DNA of 64,000 bases, from NCBI GenBank assembly GCA_963668355.1, contig OY764265.1, forward strand, positions 2,400,001 to 2,464,000, read 5' to 3'. The notes beneath the pieces are model-generated. The model had not been told where the DNA came from, searched no databases, and saw only the letters and a list, made by a program, of their open reading frames with translations. This DNA comes from Bdellovibrionota bacterium (GTDB lineage Bacteria > Bdellovibrionota_G > JALEGL01 > DATDPG01). A program made the translations under genes and the position numbers. Of this stretch, positions 20,429 to 31,776 are shown piece by piece (position 1 is the first letter of the stretch; each line of letters opens with the position of its first letter).

Positions 20429-21544
20429 TTAGGAGTTGCAGGGCAGAGACATGTTTGGATTTTTTCGAAGGAAGTGGAGGGGGTCATGTACCGTTTCTCC
20501 CTCAACGGCCTTCAGCTCTCCAAAGCCTTTCCATTCGGCATATTTTTTCCACAGTCCATCACATACATAGCGATAAGCGCATTTCTTACATTCGGAACCC
20601 TTGGATTTATTCTTGATTTGGAGAAAGTATTTAATCGAATCGTGTTTGAAGGCCTGCCACCCGTTTTTGAGAGAGCGTAATTTTTGTGGATAAAGAATCA
20701 TTCCGGCACATAAGGCTGCGGTGGACAGAAAATAACCTTCTCGAATTCCGGTTCGGATCAAATAATCCCACTCGTCAGGGTCATACTGGATCTGGGGCAT
20801 GTTCGTGACGTAGCTTTCATAGCCCTCCATCAAACACAATGGGATATACCGAACGGTGATTTTTCGAATTTTATCCTTATATTGATCGATGGCCTGCTTT
20901 AGATAGGGAGCTGCTTCACTGTGAGCGACGTTCAATTCGGGAGCCGATTTCCAATCCGCCTCGACGATGGGATTGAATAAAATAAAATTGGCCGTTTGGA
21001 TGCCCAAGGAATGATAAAGCTCCAACGTTTCCACAGGGTTTTTGAAATTGAGTCCCGAAATCACGCAATTGGCTCTGACCTTAACCCCTAACGGGATGAG
21101 GTTCTTGACAGCCAAGAGAGCCTTATCAAAACTTCCTGGAATTTCCGTGACGCGATCGTGGGAAGAGGCCTCATGTCCATGAATGGATATGAGAAAATCA
21201 TCCACTCCGGCTTCCACACAGGCTTTGGCATAATTCGGGTCCGCAAGGCGAAGGGCATTGGAAATCATGCTGATGCTCTCGAATCCCAGGTCTTTGGCAT
21301 ACGCGACCAATTCGAGAAGGTCTTTTCGAATCGTGGGTTCTCCCCCTGTAAATTCCAGGATTCGAATCCCTTTTCCGTGAATGTGTCGAATTTGTTTTTT
21401 GATTTCCTCAGTCGAGAGATCCTTCTCTTTCTCTCGATCTTTTACGGTTTGGATGTAATAGCAAAACTTGCAGCGCTCATTGCAAGAATAACCGACATTG
21501 ATATCTACGCGTGACGTTATGGGCATGGACCACGTATTATCCAC
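20429..21544 (-). CDS. Radical SAM protein
   Basis: 'CNERCKFC', 'FTGGEPT', C-terminal 'CKKCAYRYVCDG'. Confidence 0.88.
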   Translation of the reverse strand: MDNTWSMPITSRVDINVGYSCNERCKFCYYIQTVKDREKEKDLSTEEIKKQIRHIHGKGIRILEFTGGEPTIRKDLLELVAYAKDLGFESISMISNALRLADPNYAKACVEAGVDDFLISIHGHEASSHDRVTEIPGSFDKALLAVKNLIPLGVKVRANCVISGLNFKNPVETLELYHSLGIQTANFILFNPIVEADWKSAPELNVAHSEAAPYLKQAIDQYKDKIRKITVRYIPLCLMEGYESYVTNMPQIQYDPDEWDYLIRTGIREGYFLSTAALCAGMILYPQKLRSLKNGWQAFKHDSIKYFLQIKNKSKGSECKKCAYRYVCDGLWKKYAEWKGFGELKAVEGETVHDPLHFLRKNPNMSLPCNS

Positions 21545-21605
21545 GAAACCGCTTCAATGTTAAATCCCCCTGACAAAAATCGAGATAGGCGCTAGGCTTG
21601 CCTCT

Positions 21606-22592
21606 ATGAAACCCTCTGTACTTGTTTCCGGCTCCTCCGGCTATATTGGTTCCCATTTTGCAAAATATTTTAAGAAGAAGAACTGGACCGTGTGTGGTGT
21701 GGATCGTGTTGCGAGTCCCGAGCGAGTCCAACCTTTTTTAGATGATTTTGTTAGGGCGGAAATCGCGGACCGTTCTTCCGTTTTAGACCTCTGCCGAAAA
21801 AATAATGTCGAAGCAGTGGTTCATTGTGCGGCGCTTTGTTTGGTGGGTGAATCCGTTCAAAAGCCCAAACTGTATTGGAAAAACAACGTTGAAGATGGAG
21901 CAGCGTTTGTGGACGCCTTGGAAGAAGCCGGTGTTCGCAACCTTTTGTTTTCCTCAACGGCGGCAACCTATGGTGAACCCCAAGAAGTTCCCATCCCGGA
22001 AACGCATCCTCAAAAACCGATTAACCCCTATGGTGAAACGAAGCGAGTTTTTGAAAAGGATCTTCTAAGCCGAGAAGAGAAAGGTCGAATGCGCATTGGA
22101 ATTTTTCGCTATTTCAATGCGGCGGGAGCCGATCCTGAGGGAGATTTGGGGGAGGTCCATGACCCCGAAACGCATTTGATCCCCAACGCGATATTGGCCT
22201 TATTGGGAAAGAATTCGAAAATGAGTTTATTTGGAAAGGACTTTCCAACCCGGGACGGAACCTGTGAAAGAGATTACATCCATGTTTGGGATTTGGCTCA
22301 AGCGCACTTCCTATTGATGAAACGAATGATCGAGGAAGGAAGAGGCGGAATTTATAATTTGGGTACAGGATCCGGGTACACGGTGAAAGAAGTCCTGGAT
22401 GAAATTGCTCAGCAGGCCGGACAAGAAGTGCCCCATGAAATCGTGGGTCGACGACCTGGAGATCCTGCCGTATTGGTTGCGGACTCGAGGAAAGCCAAAA
22501 AGGAATTGGGATGGACCCCGGAGAGATCGGACTTGTCCCAAATCGTCAAAGATGCGCTGTACTGGCATCGAAAAAGGGAAGGCTTGGCCTAG
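21606..22592 (+). CDS. galE: UDP-glucose 4-epimerase
   Basis: 'GYIGSH', 'FSSTAATYG', 'NPYGETK', 'RYFNAAGA', 'DGTCERDYIHV'. Confidence 0.93.
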   Translation: MKPSVLVSGSSGYIGSHFAKYFKKKNWTVCGVDRVASPERVQPFLDDFVRAEIADRSSVLDLCRKNNVEAVVHCAALCLVGESVQKPKLYWKNNVEDGAAFVDALEEAGVRNLLFSSTAATYGEPQEVPIPETHPQKPINPYGETKRVFEKDLLSREEKGRMRIGIFRYFNAAGADPEGDLGEVHDPETHLIPNAILALLGKNSKMSLFGKDFPTRDGTCERDYIHVWDLAQAHFLLMKRMIEEGRGGIYNLGTGSGYTVKEVLDEIAQQAGQEVPHEIVGRRPGDPAVLVADSRKAKKELGWTPERSDLSQIVKDALYWHRKREGLA

Positions 22593-23656
22593 GAATCCGA
22601 GATCGCTTTTTGAATGGCTAAGAGCAAAGGTTCTCGAGCAGAAGACCCGCCAAACCGTTTTCGAAATGTCTCACGGTCGTATTCAGGGGGAGTTTGAAGC
22701 GTTTCCATCGTTCTAGAAACGAAGGATTCCGCATTCGCAGAAATCACGTAAGATTTGAATAGGTCTAAGGATGCGCCCACCAAACTCCCCACAACGGGGA
22801 TTCCCATGGCGATCGATTCAATGACTTTGAACGAAACGCGCGCACGATTGGCTTCATGGTCTCGCATGAATACATGGCTGACATCCAGACACCCTAAGGC
22901 CGAGGGAATTTCGGCTTGAGGCAAGAGGCCCGTGATTTTCACTCGATCTTCCAGACCATGGTGCTGAATTTGCTTTTTGATTTGAGGTTCCAGAGGGCCG
23001 CCACCAATCAGAAGAAAGAAAATCTTGGAATCATCCATTTTCCCCCAAGCGTCTAGAATGACATCCAAGTCCAACGTGCCTCCGTGGGTGAACGTACAGA
23101 GATGGCCCACGACATATTCAGCGTGTTGAAGGCCCCACCGTTCCTTTGCCTGGCCTTTTTCTTCGGGAGACAAAGCGTGAAAAAGCGTTTCGTTGAAGCC
23201 TTGAGGAATGACCGTATAGGCTCTGTGTTCACGCTTTAGTCTCTCTTGAATGATGGAGCTGTGCGTGGAAATGTGATGGCTCCAGGAAGGACCCATTTTT
23301 TCTGCCGTTCGTGCGATCCATTGTTTGAAGATATTGCTTTGGAGCCCCTCATCGAGATCATCCCAGTCGACAAGGACCTTTTTGCCTCGCAATCGGGCAA
23401 TGAGGATGGCGGAGAGGGTGATGGGGTTGAATTTTTGGGTGAACAACACGTCATAGGATTGGGTCCAGGCATCCCACTTCGCTTTCCATAGCTTGAGAAG
23501 AGGGGAAGCTTCAATTTCTGAAAGTGTGACGCTTAATCCCTCCTGTTTCATCAAGTCCATGAGGGAATGAAAACGATAGGTCGACCCGTAACGCCGGTCT
23601 AAGCTGTTGATCGCGAGAATAGATGTTTTCTGTAAGTGTCTAGAAATGCTTGTCAA
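22589..23656 (-). CDS. Glycosyltransferase family 4
   Basis: 'IGGGPLE', 'KVIESIAMGIPVV' GT-B C-terminal motif. Confidence 0.8.
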   Translation of the reverse strand: MTSISRHLQKTSILAINSLDRRYGSTYRFHSLMDLMKQEGLSVTLSEIEASPLLKLWKAKWDAWTQSYDVLFTQKFNPITLSAILIARLRGKKVLVDWDDLDEGLQSNIFKQWIARTAEKMGPSWSHHISTHSSIIQERLKREHRAYTVIPQGFNETLFHALSPEEKGQAKERWGLQHAEYVVGHLCTFTHGGTLDLDVILDAWGKMDDSKIFFLLIGGGPLEPQIKKQIQHHGLEDRVKITGLLPQAEIPSALGCLDVSHVFMRDHEANRARVSFKVIESIAMGIPVVGSLVGASLDLFKSYVISANAESFVSRTMETLQTPPEYDRETFRKRFGGSSAREPLLLAIQKAISDS

Positions 23657-23736
23657 AATAGCTCACTGTATAAGTTTCAGGTATTGTACCTGCTCATCAT
23701 TGGAAGGAAAACCCAACCCAAGAGAGGCTAAACTCT

Positions 23737-24731
<995 letters not shown>

Positions 24732-24735
<4 letters not shown>

Positions 24736-25658
24736 ATATCTTGGTCACAGGTGGTCACGGTTTTGTTGGCTCTCATCTATTGGATCAGCTCGAAACCCAA
24801 GACAACATACGTATTTTGGCTCCCTCCCGAATCGAGTTGAATCTATGCGATCGGGAAGCCGTTCAAAAATGTTTTCAAAAGCATGATATTGACCAAGTCA
24901 TTCATTTGGCGGCCTCCGTTGGGGGGATTGGAGCCAATCGAAGTCGCCCTGCGGACTTTTATTTTGAAAATGCCCTCATGGGGCTTCATTTATTGGAGGC
25001 GTCGGCCAAGGCAAACGTGAAGAGATTCATTCTTTTGGGAACCATATGTGGCTATCCAAAGTTTGCCCCCATTCCTTTTTTGGAAGAAAGCCTTTTTGAT
25101 GGCTATCCAGAAGAAACGAATGCTCCTTATGGGGTGGCGAAGAGGGGATTGTGGGTAGCGGCCCAAGCTTACCAAGCCCAATATGGCCTGCCGGTTGTGG
25201 GGGTTTTCCCCACCAATCTCTATGGTCCTCGGGATAATTTTGATTTGGAAACTTCTCACGTAATCCCCGCACTCATTCGGAAAATTGAGAAGGCCAAGAA
25301 AGAGCATTCTCCTCATGTTACCGTTTGGGGATCTGGAGAAGCCTCCCGCGATTTTTTGTATGTGACCGATGCCGTGGCAGGGATTCTTTTGGCTCTTGAG
25401 GCTTCAGGGATCGAAGGAGAAATGTTTAATTTTGGTTCTGGAGCGGAACATACAATCCGAGAACTTGTGGAAACCATTTGTTCCATTCTCGAATATGAAG
25501 GCAAAATCCAATGGGACACCTCCAAACCCGATGGCCAACCCAGACGTTGTGTAAGTGGAGAGAAGGCCGAAAAGAAATTGGGCTTTAAACCCAGCGTGTC
25601 GCTTCAGCAGGGATTGAGACAAACGATTCAGTGGTATCGTGAGCAAGGCAAAGATTAA
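24732..25658 (+). CDS. fcl: GDP-L-fucose synthase
   Basis: '[12 protein letters not shown]', '[11 protein letters not shown]', 'SHVIPAL', 'KPDGQPR'; directly after gmd. Confidence 0.94.
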
Positions 25659-26631
25659 ATTGGAAGACATCGCGGTCATTGTGGCCACGAAGAACGATGC
25701 GGCGACCCTGGAAGCCTGTGTTGACTCTTTGCTAGAGGCGGGCCGAGGCCGGTCGGAAATCATTATCGTGAATGATGCGTCTACGGATGAATCGGTGGAG
25801 ATTTTGGATCGCTATGGAGATCGAATTCGCGTCCTCCAGGGAACAGGCGAAGGCCCTGGAAAAGCTCGAAACCTGGGGCTTCAATCCACGAAAAAACGTT
25901 GGATCGCCTTTACGGATGCAGACTGTGAAGTCTCTTCGGAGTGGTTGGAGCGTTTGACGGAGGGGTTCTTGGACCAAGAAGACTCGTTTATTGGGATGGG
26001 CGGACCCCAGAAAATTTCCAAGAATGCCGGAGAAACCGAGGTCGAGATTGGCCGTTTTCTCGAAACGGTCGGGTTTGTTTCGGATTATATTCATGGAGAT
26101 CAAGAGGTGTGCGAAGTGTCTCACAACCCTACATGCAACGTTCTATATGCGCGTCATGCATTGGAAGCGGTCGGTGGTTTCGATGAAGACCTCTGGCCTT
26201 GCGAAGACTTGGATTTGGATTTGCGTTTGAGGGATCAAGGATTTCGACTTGCGTTCCATCCTCAGGCGGAGGTTGAACACCGCAGGCCCGAAAGTTGGAG
26301 GGGCTTTTGGTCGATGATGGGGCGCTATGGCTTTGCCCACGCACAATTGGTTAAGAAGAGAGGTTTGTGCCAACCTCTTCATCTTCTTCCCATTTTTTCC
26401 CCCCTTGGGCTTTTGTTCGTTGGGGGCCTCTTTTTCTACTTTCCCCTGATCTCCTCCATGGTTCTTGGGACCTGTGTGTTGTTTACGTTTCTGATTTTCT
26501 TGGGTTTGACCAAATCCGTTCGAAGAAGCTTTCGATATCCTTTGGTTTTGTTGAAGGTGTTGCTGGATTGGCAAATTGGTTTTGCTCGTGGTTTATTGGG
26601 AAAACGAAGGGTTGCACAAAAGAATGGCTAA
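25639..26631 (+). CDS. Glycosyltransferase family 2 with C-terminal membrane segments
   Basis: 'VNDASTD', 'FTDADC', 'GGFDE', 'EDLDL'. Confidence 0.88.
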   Translation: MSKAKIKLEDIAVIVATKNDAATLEACVDSLLEAGRGRSEIIIVNDASTDESVEILDRYGDRIRVLQGTGEGPGKARNLGLQSTKKRWIAFTDADCEVSSEWLERLTEGFLDQEDSFIGMGGPQKISKNAGETEVEIGRFLETVGFVSDYIHGDQEVCEVSHNPTCNVLYARHALEAVGGFDEDLWPCEDLDLDLRLRDQGFRLAFHPQAEVEHRRPESWRGFWSMMGRYGFAHAQLVKKRGLCQPLHLLPIFSPLGLLFVGGLFFYFPLISSMVLGTCVLFTFLIFLGLTKSVRRSFRYPLVLLKVLLDWQIGFARGLLGKRRVAQKNG

Positions 26632-27853
26632 ATTATCAATTATTGTTCCTGCGTATAACGAAGAAGACTTCATTCATGAAGTGGTGACAGGATTACTTTC
26701 CATCCGACCGCAAATCATCGAGGAAACGACCTTGGACGATGTGGAAATCATCGTGGTGGATGATGGATCCAGAGATCAAACGGCCAAGTTATTGAAGGAC
26801 ATCCTCCAGAAAGAAACGGCCGATCACTTTCAAGTGGTTCAGCATGAGGAAAACCGGGGTTATGGAGCCGCTTTGAAAACGGGATTTAATGCGGCCAAGG
26901 GAGAGTTTCTCTCCTTTATGGATGCCGATGGAACCATCGATCCGAGAGCCTTTGCAAAGATGCACGAGACGTTGGAGAAAGAAAATGCCGACATGGTGGT
27001 CGGCACGCGGTTTGGAAACAAGGGTTCTCAAATGCCTTTGACCCGAAAAGTGGGAAATCGTTTTTTCGCGCTTCTTCTTTCTTTTCTGGCTGGACAGCGC
27101 GTGAAAGATACGGCCAGTGGCATGCGTCTGTTCAAGAGGGAAGCCCTTCGCATGTTATTGCCGCTTCCAGATGGTCTCCATTTTACACCCGCCATGAGTA
27201 CAAAGGCGTTGCATGAGCGGATAAAAATTGCCGAAGTTCCCATTCCCTATGCCGAACGGCAAGGAGCTTCCAAGTTGAGCGTGGTCTCCGATGGCTTGAG
27301 ATTCTTCCGAATCATTGTCGGAACTGTGCTGATGTACAATCCTTTCAAAGTTTTTCTTTTTTTCGGGTTGTTGTTCGAATTGGTTGCGGGACTGCTTTGG
27401 TCCATTCCTTTGTACGAACTTTTTTCGGCCAAGGATCTCCTTTTTTCGGACTATATCTACCGATCCATTGGGGGCGTTTATTTTTCCATCATTGGAGTTC
27501 AAATCATCTTGTTCGGTGTCTTGGCTCGATTCATCGTTTCGACGTTTTTCAGACAACATGAACCCGGGGTCTTGATTCACAAAGTAAATCGCATGTTTCG
27601 GGTTTACGACTGGATGGGAATTTATGGCATGGGGGTTTTGTCCATCGGAATTTTGATCAATGCTGCCTATTTTTGGAAATACTTGTTTGGAGGAGGCATC
27701 ATTTTTCACTGGGCCTGGCTCCTTCTGGCGGCAGGGATGATCATTGTTGGGGTTCAAATGCTGATCACTGGGATTGTCATGCGCATCTTGAAAGATATTA
27801 AGGCTTGCCTGGTTGAGAAAGACCCTCCCGAAGTCCTTTCGGACATTTCTTAA
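26624..27853 (+). CDS. Polyprenol-phosphate glycosyltransferase (GT2, DPM-like) with C-terminal TM helices
   Basis: 'IIVPAYNEE', 'VDDGSRD', 'MDADG', 'DTASG', 'YAERQGASK'. Confidence 0.88.
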   Translation: MAKLSIIVPAYNEEDFIHEVVTGLLSIRPQIIEETTLDDVEIIVVDDGSRDQTAKLLKDILQKETADHFQVVQHEENRGYGAALKTGFNAAKGEFLSFMDADGTIDPRAFAKMHETLEKENADMVVGTRFGNKGSQMPLTRKVGNRFFALLLSFLAGQRVKDTASGMRLFKREALRMLLPLPDGLHFTPAMSTKALHERIKIAEVPIPYAERQGASKLSVVSDGLRFFRIIVGTVLMYNPFKVFLFFGLLFELVAGLLWSIPLYELFSAKDLLFSDYIYRSIGGVYFSIIGVQIILFGVLARFIVSTFFRQHEPGVLIHKVNRMFRVYDWMGIYGMGVLSIGILINAAYFWKYLFGGGIIFHWAWLLLAAGMIIVGVQMLITGIVMRILKDIKACLVEKDPPEVLSDIS

Positions 27854-27985
27854 AGAAATCTTTAAGAAAGTATTCTTGGGTGAGGCCCTGGTCTTGTTGT
27901 GCGAATCCAAAGCCCTGGTATACTTCGCAGCCTTCTTCTCTCGAATAGAGGGAAGAGAGGCACATCGAAGTAAAGAGAGGGAATC

Positions 27986-28228
27986 TTGAAAACGCGCGTA
28001 TTTGTCACATTGAAACCAGATGTTTTGGATCCACAAGGTAAGGCCATCGAGGGGGCTTTGCATCGTTTAGGCTATACCTCCGCGAGTGAGGTTCGTGTGG
28101 GAAAAGTCATTGAGATGAACTTAGATCTGAAAGACTCCACGCAAGCGAAAGATCAACTCAACGAAATGTGTGAAAAGCTATTGTCAAACCCTGTGATTGA
28201 AGATGCGCGTTATGAGTTTACGGAATGA
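27986..28228 (+). CDS. purS: FGAM synthase subunit PurS
   Basis: 'VLDPQGKA', 'VRVGK', 'LLSNPVIE'. Confidence 0.95.
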   Translation: MKTRVFVTLKPDVLDPQGKAIEGALHRLGYTSASEVRVGKVIEMNLDLKDSTQAKDQLNEMCEKLLSNPVIEDARYEFTE

Positions 28229-30398
28229 AGCCATTGAACAGGGGTTAACCTCCAAAGAATACGATCTCATCATTCAAGAAATTGGTCGAGAGCCCAATTA
28301 CGTAGAGTTGGGGATCATTTCGGCGATGTGGAGTGAACACTGTTGTTATAAGAGCTCTCGTCTTCATCTCAAAACCTTGCCGACGGATAGCCCTTTGGTT
28401 GTGGAAGGGCCGGGAGAAAATGCAGGGGTCATCGACATTGGGGATGGCTTGGTGTGTACGTTTAAAATTGAAAGTCACAATCACCCATCATTCATTGAAC
28501 CATTCCAAGGTGCTGCCACAGGTGTCGGAGGAATTCTTCGAGACATCTTTACCATGGGGGCCCGGCCGATTGCGGTTTTGGATTCTCTTCACTTTGGTCA
28601 TCCAACCCACGAAAAAACTTCGTATTTGGTTCATGGCGTGGTCTCGGGAATCGCGGGTTATGGAAATTGTATGGGAATTCCTACGGTGGGAGGAGAAGTC
28701 ATCTTTGACGACTCCTATAATGGCAATAATTTGGTGAATGCCATGGCGGTGGGAATCGCCGAATTGAAAGACTTGCACAAAGCCGTGGCGAAGGGAGTCG
28801 GGAACCGCATTCTTTACTTGGGCTCCAAGACCGGAAAAGACGGGATACATGGAGCCACAATGGCTTCAGAGGAGTTTGGAGAGGGAAATGAAGAACGGCG
28901 TCCCACTGTTCAAGTCGGGGACCCCTTCATGGAAAAATTGCTCTTAGAAGCTTGTATGGAGATGTTTCAGGCAAAGATCTTGGTTGGCATTCAAGACATG
29001 GGAGCAGCTGGAATTGCGTGCTCCACATTTGAAATGTCATCCCGTGGGAATCACGGAATGCGAATCACATTGGATCATGTTCCCCTTCGAGCTGCCGGCA
29101 TGACTCCGTGGGAAATTTTTCTTTCAGAATCCCAAGAACGCATGCTTCTCGTGGTTGAACCCTCCAAGGTGGAAGCGGTGATGGCCATCGCGAAGAAATG
29201 GGACATCGACTGCAGCGACATTGGGGAAGTCACGGATTCTGGAAGGGTGGAAGCGTTCCACAAAACTGAAAAAGTTGTGGATTTGCCGGTTCATCCGGTT
29301 GCGGAAGGAGCCCCGATTTATGACCGCCCCTGGAACGAACCGAAGGCGAAAACGGAGACCCTTTCCCGGGATCAATTGCCTGAAATCGATATGGCTGAGG
29401 CCATTCGGGTTTTGAATGCTTCTCCGAATCTTTCCTCCAGACACTGGGTATATCGACAATACGACCATATGGTGGGTACGGACACGGTGATTCGGCCTGG
29501 AGGAGATGCAGCAGTTCTTCGGATCAAAGGAAGAAAAAAGGGCTTGGCGGTCACCGTAGATAGTCAGAGCCGCTATTGTCATGCCGATCCTTATTTGGGT
29601 ACCTGCCATGTGATGTCGGAAGCCTTGAGAAATCTCGCAGTCGTGGGCGCACGCGGTGTTGCCATCACGAATTGTTTGAATTTCGGTAATCCCGAAGACC
29701 CAAACATCATGGGCCAAATCGTTGCGGCCATTCGAGCGATGAAGGAAACCTGTGTGAAATTTGACACTCCCGTTACGGGAGGAAATGTCAGTTTGTACAA
29801 TCAAACGGGAGATCAAGCCATTAAACCCACGCCAGCCATTGGGATGATTGGTTTGGTCGAAGATGTGAATGAAATTCGCCGATCCCATTTCCCCAAAGAA
29901 GGGTTGAACGTGGCGCGAATTGGCGGAAAGAATGAAAGCACATTGTTCCAATCGGAGTTTGCTTCTACCGTATTGAAGAAGAAGGACTTGGCCTGTCCTC
30001 CCATCGATTTGGATCAGGAGATTCGTTTAAGAGATTTTCTATTGGAATCCATTCCCTCTCGCATTTTCTCTTCCGCTCATGATTGTTCTGACGGCGGATT
30101 GGGACAGGCTGTTTTGGAAAGTTGTTTGGGCCCCCAGGGGAAATTGGTGGGCGTGACCATTCAAATTCCCGAAGAGGAATCGCCCACGCTGTTCTGGTTT
30201 GGTGAAACGGCGGGAAGGTGCGTGGTTTCGTATGATCCGAAACTTCAAGATGAAGTGAAACGCTTGGCTGAAAAGTATGCGTTGGATTTTACAGAAATTG
30301 GTGTCACCGGCGGCGACCGATTGAAAGTCGGAGAAAAAGTGGATCTTTCGCTCAAAGACTTAGAGAACGAACGAGAAGTCTTTTTCAAGGAGATTTGA
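28212..30398 (+). CDS. purL: FGAM synthase subunit PurL (small type)
   Basis: 'WSEHC', 'KIESHNHPS', 'QDMGAAG', 'LSESQERM', 'GGNVSLYN'; start taken at ATG 28212. Confidence 0.96.
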   Translation: MSLRNEAIEQGLTSKEYDLIIQEIGREPNYVELGIISAMWSEHCCYKSSRLHLKTLPTDSPLVVEGPGENAGVIDIGDGLVCTFKIESHNHPSFIEPFQGAATGVGGILRDIFTMGARPIAVLDSLHFGHPTHEKTSYLVHGVVSGIAGYGNCMGIPTVGGEVIFDDSYNGNNLVNAMAVGIAELKDLHKAVAKGVGNRILYLGSKTGKDGIHGATMASEEFGEGNEERRPTVQVGDPFMEKLLLEACMEMFQAKILVGIQDMGAAGIACSTFEMSSRGNHGMRITLDHVPLRAAGMTPWEIFLSESQERMLLVVEPSKVEAVMAIAKKWDIDCSDIGEVTDSGRVEAFHKTEKVVDLPVHPVAEGAPIYDRPWNEPKAKTETLSRDQLPEIDMAEAIRVLNASPNLSSRHWVYRQYDHMVGTDTVIRPGGDAAVLRIKGRKKGLAVTVDSQSRYCHADPYLGTCHVMSEALRNLAVVGARGVAITNCLNFGNPEDPNIMGQIVAAIRAMKETCVKFDTPVTGGNVSLYNQTGDQAIKPTPAIGMIGLVEDVNEIRRSHFPKEGLNVARIGGKNESTLFQSEFASTVLKKKDLACPPIDLDQEIRLRDFLLESIPSRIFSSAHDCSDGGLGQAVLESCLGPQGKLVGVTIQIPEEESPTLFWFGETAGRCVVSYDPKLQDEVKRLAEKYALDFTEIGVTGGDRLKVGEKVDLSLKDLENEREVFFKEI

Positions 30399-30399
30399 A

Positions 30400-31776
30400 A
30401 TGTGCGGGATCTATGGGGTTGTGGGGCAGGAAGAAGCTTCAAACCTGGTATATCTAGGGTTGTATGCCCTCCAACATCGAGGCCAAGAAGGAGCGGGAAT
30501 CGTTTCTTCAGATGGAAAGATGCTTTATCGGAGAAGAAGGCCGCGCCTAGTTTCCGAGTCGTTTGATGAAGGCTCGTTTAAGCAGCTTCCGGGAGATATG
30601 GCCATTGGCCATGTTCGCTACTCTACGACGGGAACCACAATGGATAAAAATGTGGCCCCTTTTTTGGCGACGGGGTCCTGTGGAACCTTGGCCGTGGCAC
30701 ATAATGGAACTCTGGTGAATTTTCCTTCGTTGAGAAGATCCTTGGAGGCCGAAGGAGCTTTGTTTCAATCCACGATGGATTCCGAAGTGTTTTTACATCT
30801 GGCCGCTATGGAAAAGGGAGATTCCATTGAAGAAAAAATTCAGCGCTCCCTTCCCAAAGCCGAAGGCGCCTACTCGGTTCTTTTTTTAACGGAAAGCAAA
30901 CTCATTGCTGCGCGAGATCCTCATGGTTTTCGTCCGCTGTGTTTGGGAAGAATGGCCAATGGACAGCCGGTTTTATCCTCTGAAAGTTGTGCGTTTGATT
31001 TGGTTGGAGCCAAGTACGAACGCGAAATCCAGGCCGGGGAAATGGTGATCATTGAACGAAATGGGGAAATGACATCGATTCAGTTTGCCAAGCCCAAGGA
31101 ACGAAAAGCTTGTGTTTTTGAGCACATTTATTTTGCGCGTCCGGATTCATTTTTATTTGGGGAGAGTGTTTACAAAACGCGTTTGAGATTGGGACGCGCT
31201 TTGGCCAGGGAGTGCAATGTGCAAGCGGACGTGGTGATTCCGGTCCCAGATTCGGGAATGATGGCTGCCATGGGTTTCGCTGAAGAAAGTGGAATTCCAC
31301 TGCAAATGGGATTGATTCGAAATCATTATGTGGGTCGGACATTCATCGAACCCAAACAATCGATTCGCGGATTTGGCGTAAAAATCAAACTCAACCCGGT
31401 TCGAAGTGTGTTGCAGGGAAAGCGGGTTGTGGTCATTGATGATTCAATTGTTCGAGGCACCACCTGTCGAAAAATTGTCAAAATGCTTCGAGATGCGGGG
31501 GCCAGCCAAGTCGTTTTTGCCATCAGTTCACCTCCGACGGTCAGTCCCTGCTATTACGGAATCGACACCCCGACCAAAGAGGAGTTGATTGCATCCAATC
31601 AAACCGTGGAAGACATTCGAGCGTATATTGGCGCAGATAAACTTGTTTATTTGAGTCTTCAGGGAATGTACGACGGGGTAAAGGGGAAGCCGTCGGAGTA
31701 TTGCGACGCGTGTTTTTCCGAAAAATATCCGACGAAAATCGAATTGCCTTATTTGGAGTCCGCCCAAGGATCGTAA
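30400..31776 (+). CDS. purF: Amidophosphoribosyltransferase
   Basis: N-terminal 'MCGI', 'LQHRGQE', 'GHVRYST', 'DDSIVRGTT'. Confidence 0.97.
   Translation: MCGIYGVVGQEEASNLVYLGLYALQHRGQEGAGIVSSDGKMLYRRRRPRLVSESFDEGSFKQLPGDMAIGHVRYSTTGTTMDKNVAPFLATGSCGTLAVAHNGTLVNFPSLRRSLEAEGALFQSTMDSEVFLHLAAMEKGDSIEEKIQRSLPKAEGAYSVLFLTESKLIAARDPHGFRPLCLGRMANGQPVLSSESCAFDLVGAKYEREIQAGEMVIIERNGEMTSIQFAKPKERKACVFEHIYFARPDSFLFGESVYKTRLRLGRALARECNVQADVVIPVPDSGMMAAMGFAEESGIPLQMGLIRNHYVGRTFIEPKQSIRGFGVKIKLNPVRSVLQGKRVVVIDDSIVRGTTCRKIVKMLRDAGASQVVFAISSPPTVSPCYYGIDTPTKEELIASNQTVEDIRAYIGADKLVYLSLQGMYDGVKGKPSEYCDACFSEKYPTKIELPYLESAQGS

Noticed and set aside
27155..29951. Long antisense ORFs (27155-28063, 29124-29951) and similar shadows elsewhere
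   Set aside because: They lie opposite well-supported genes and show no protein motifs.
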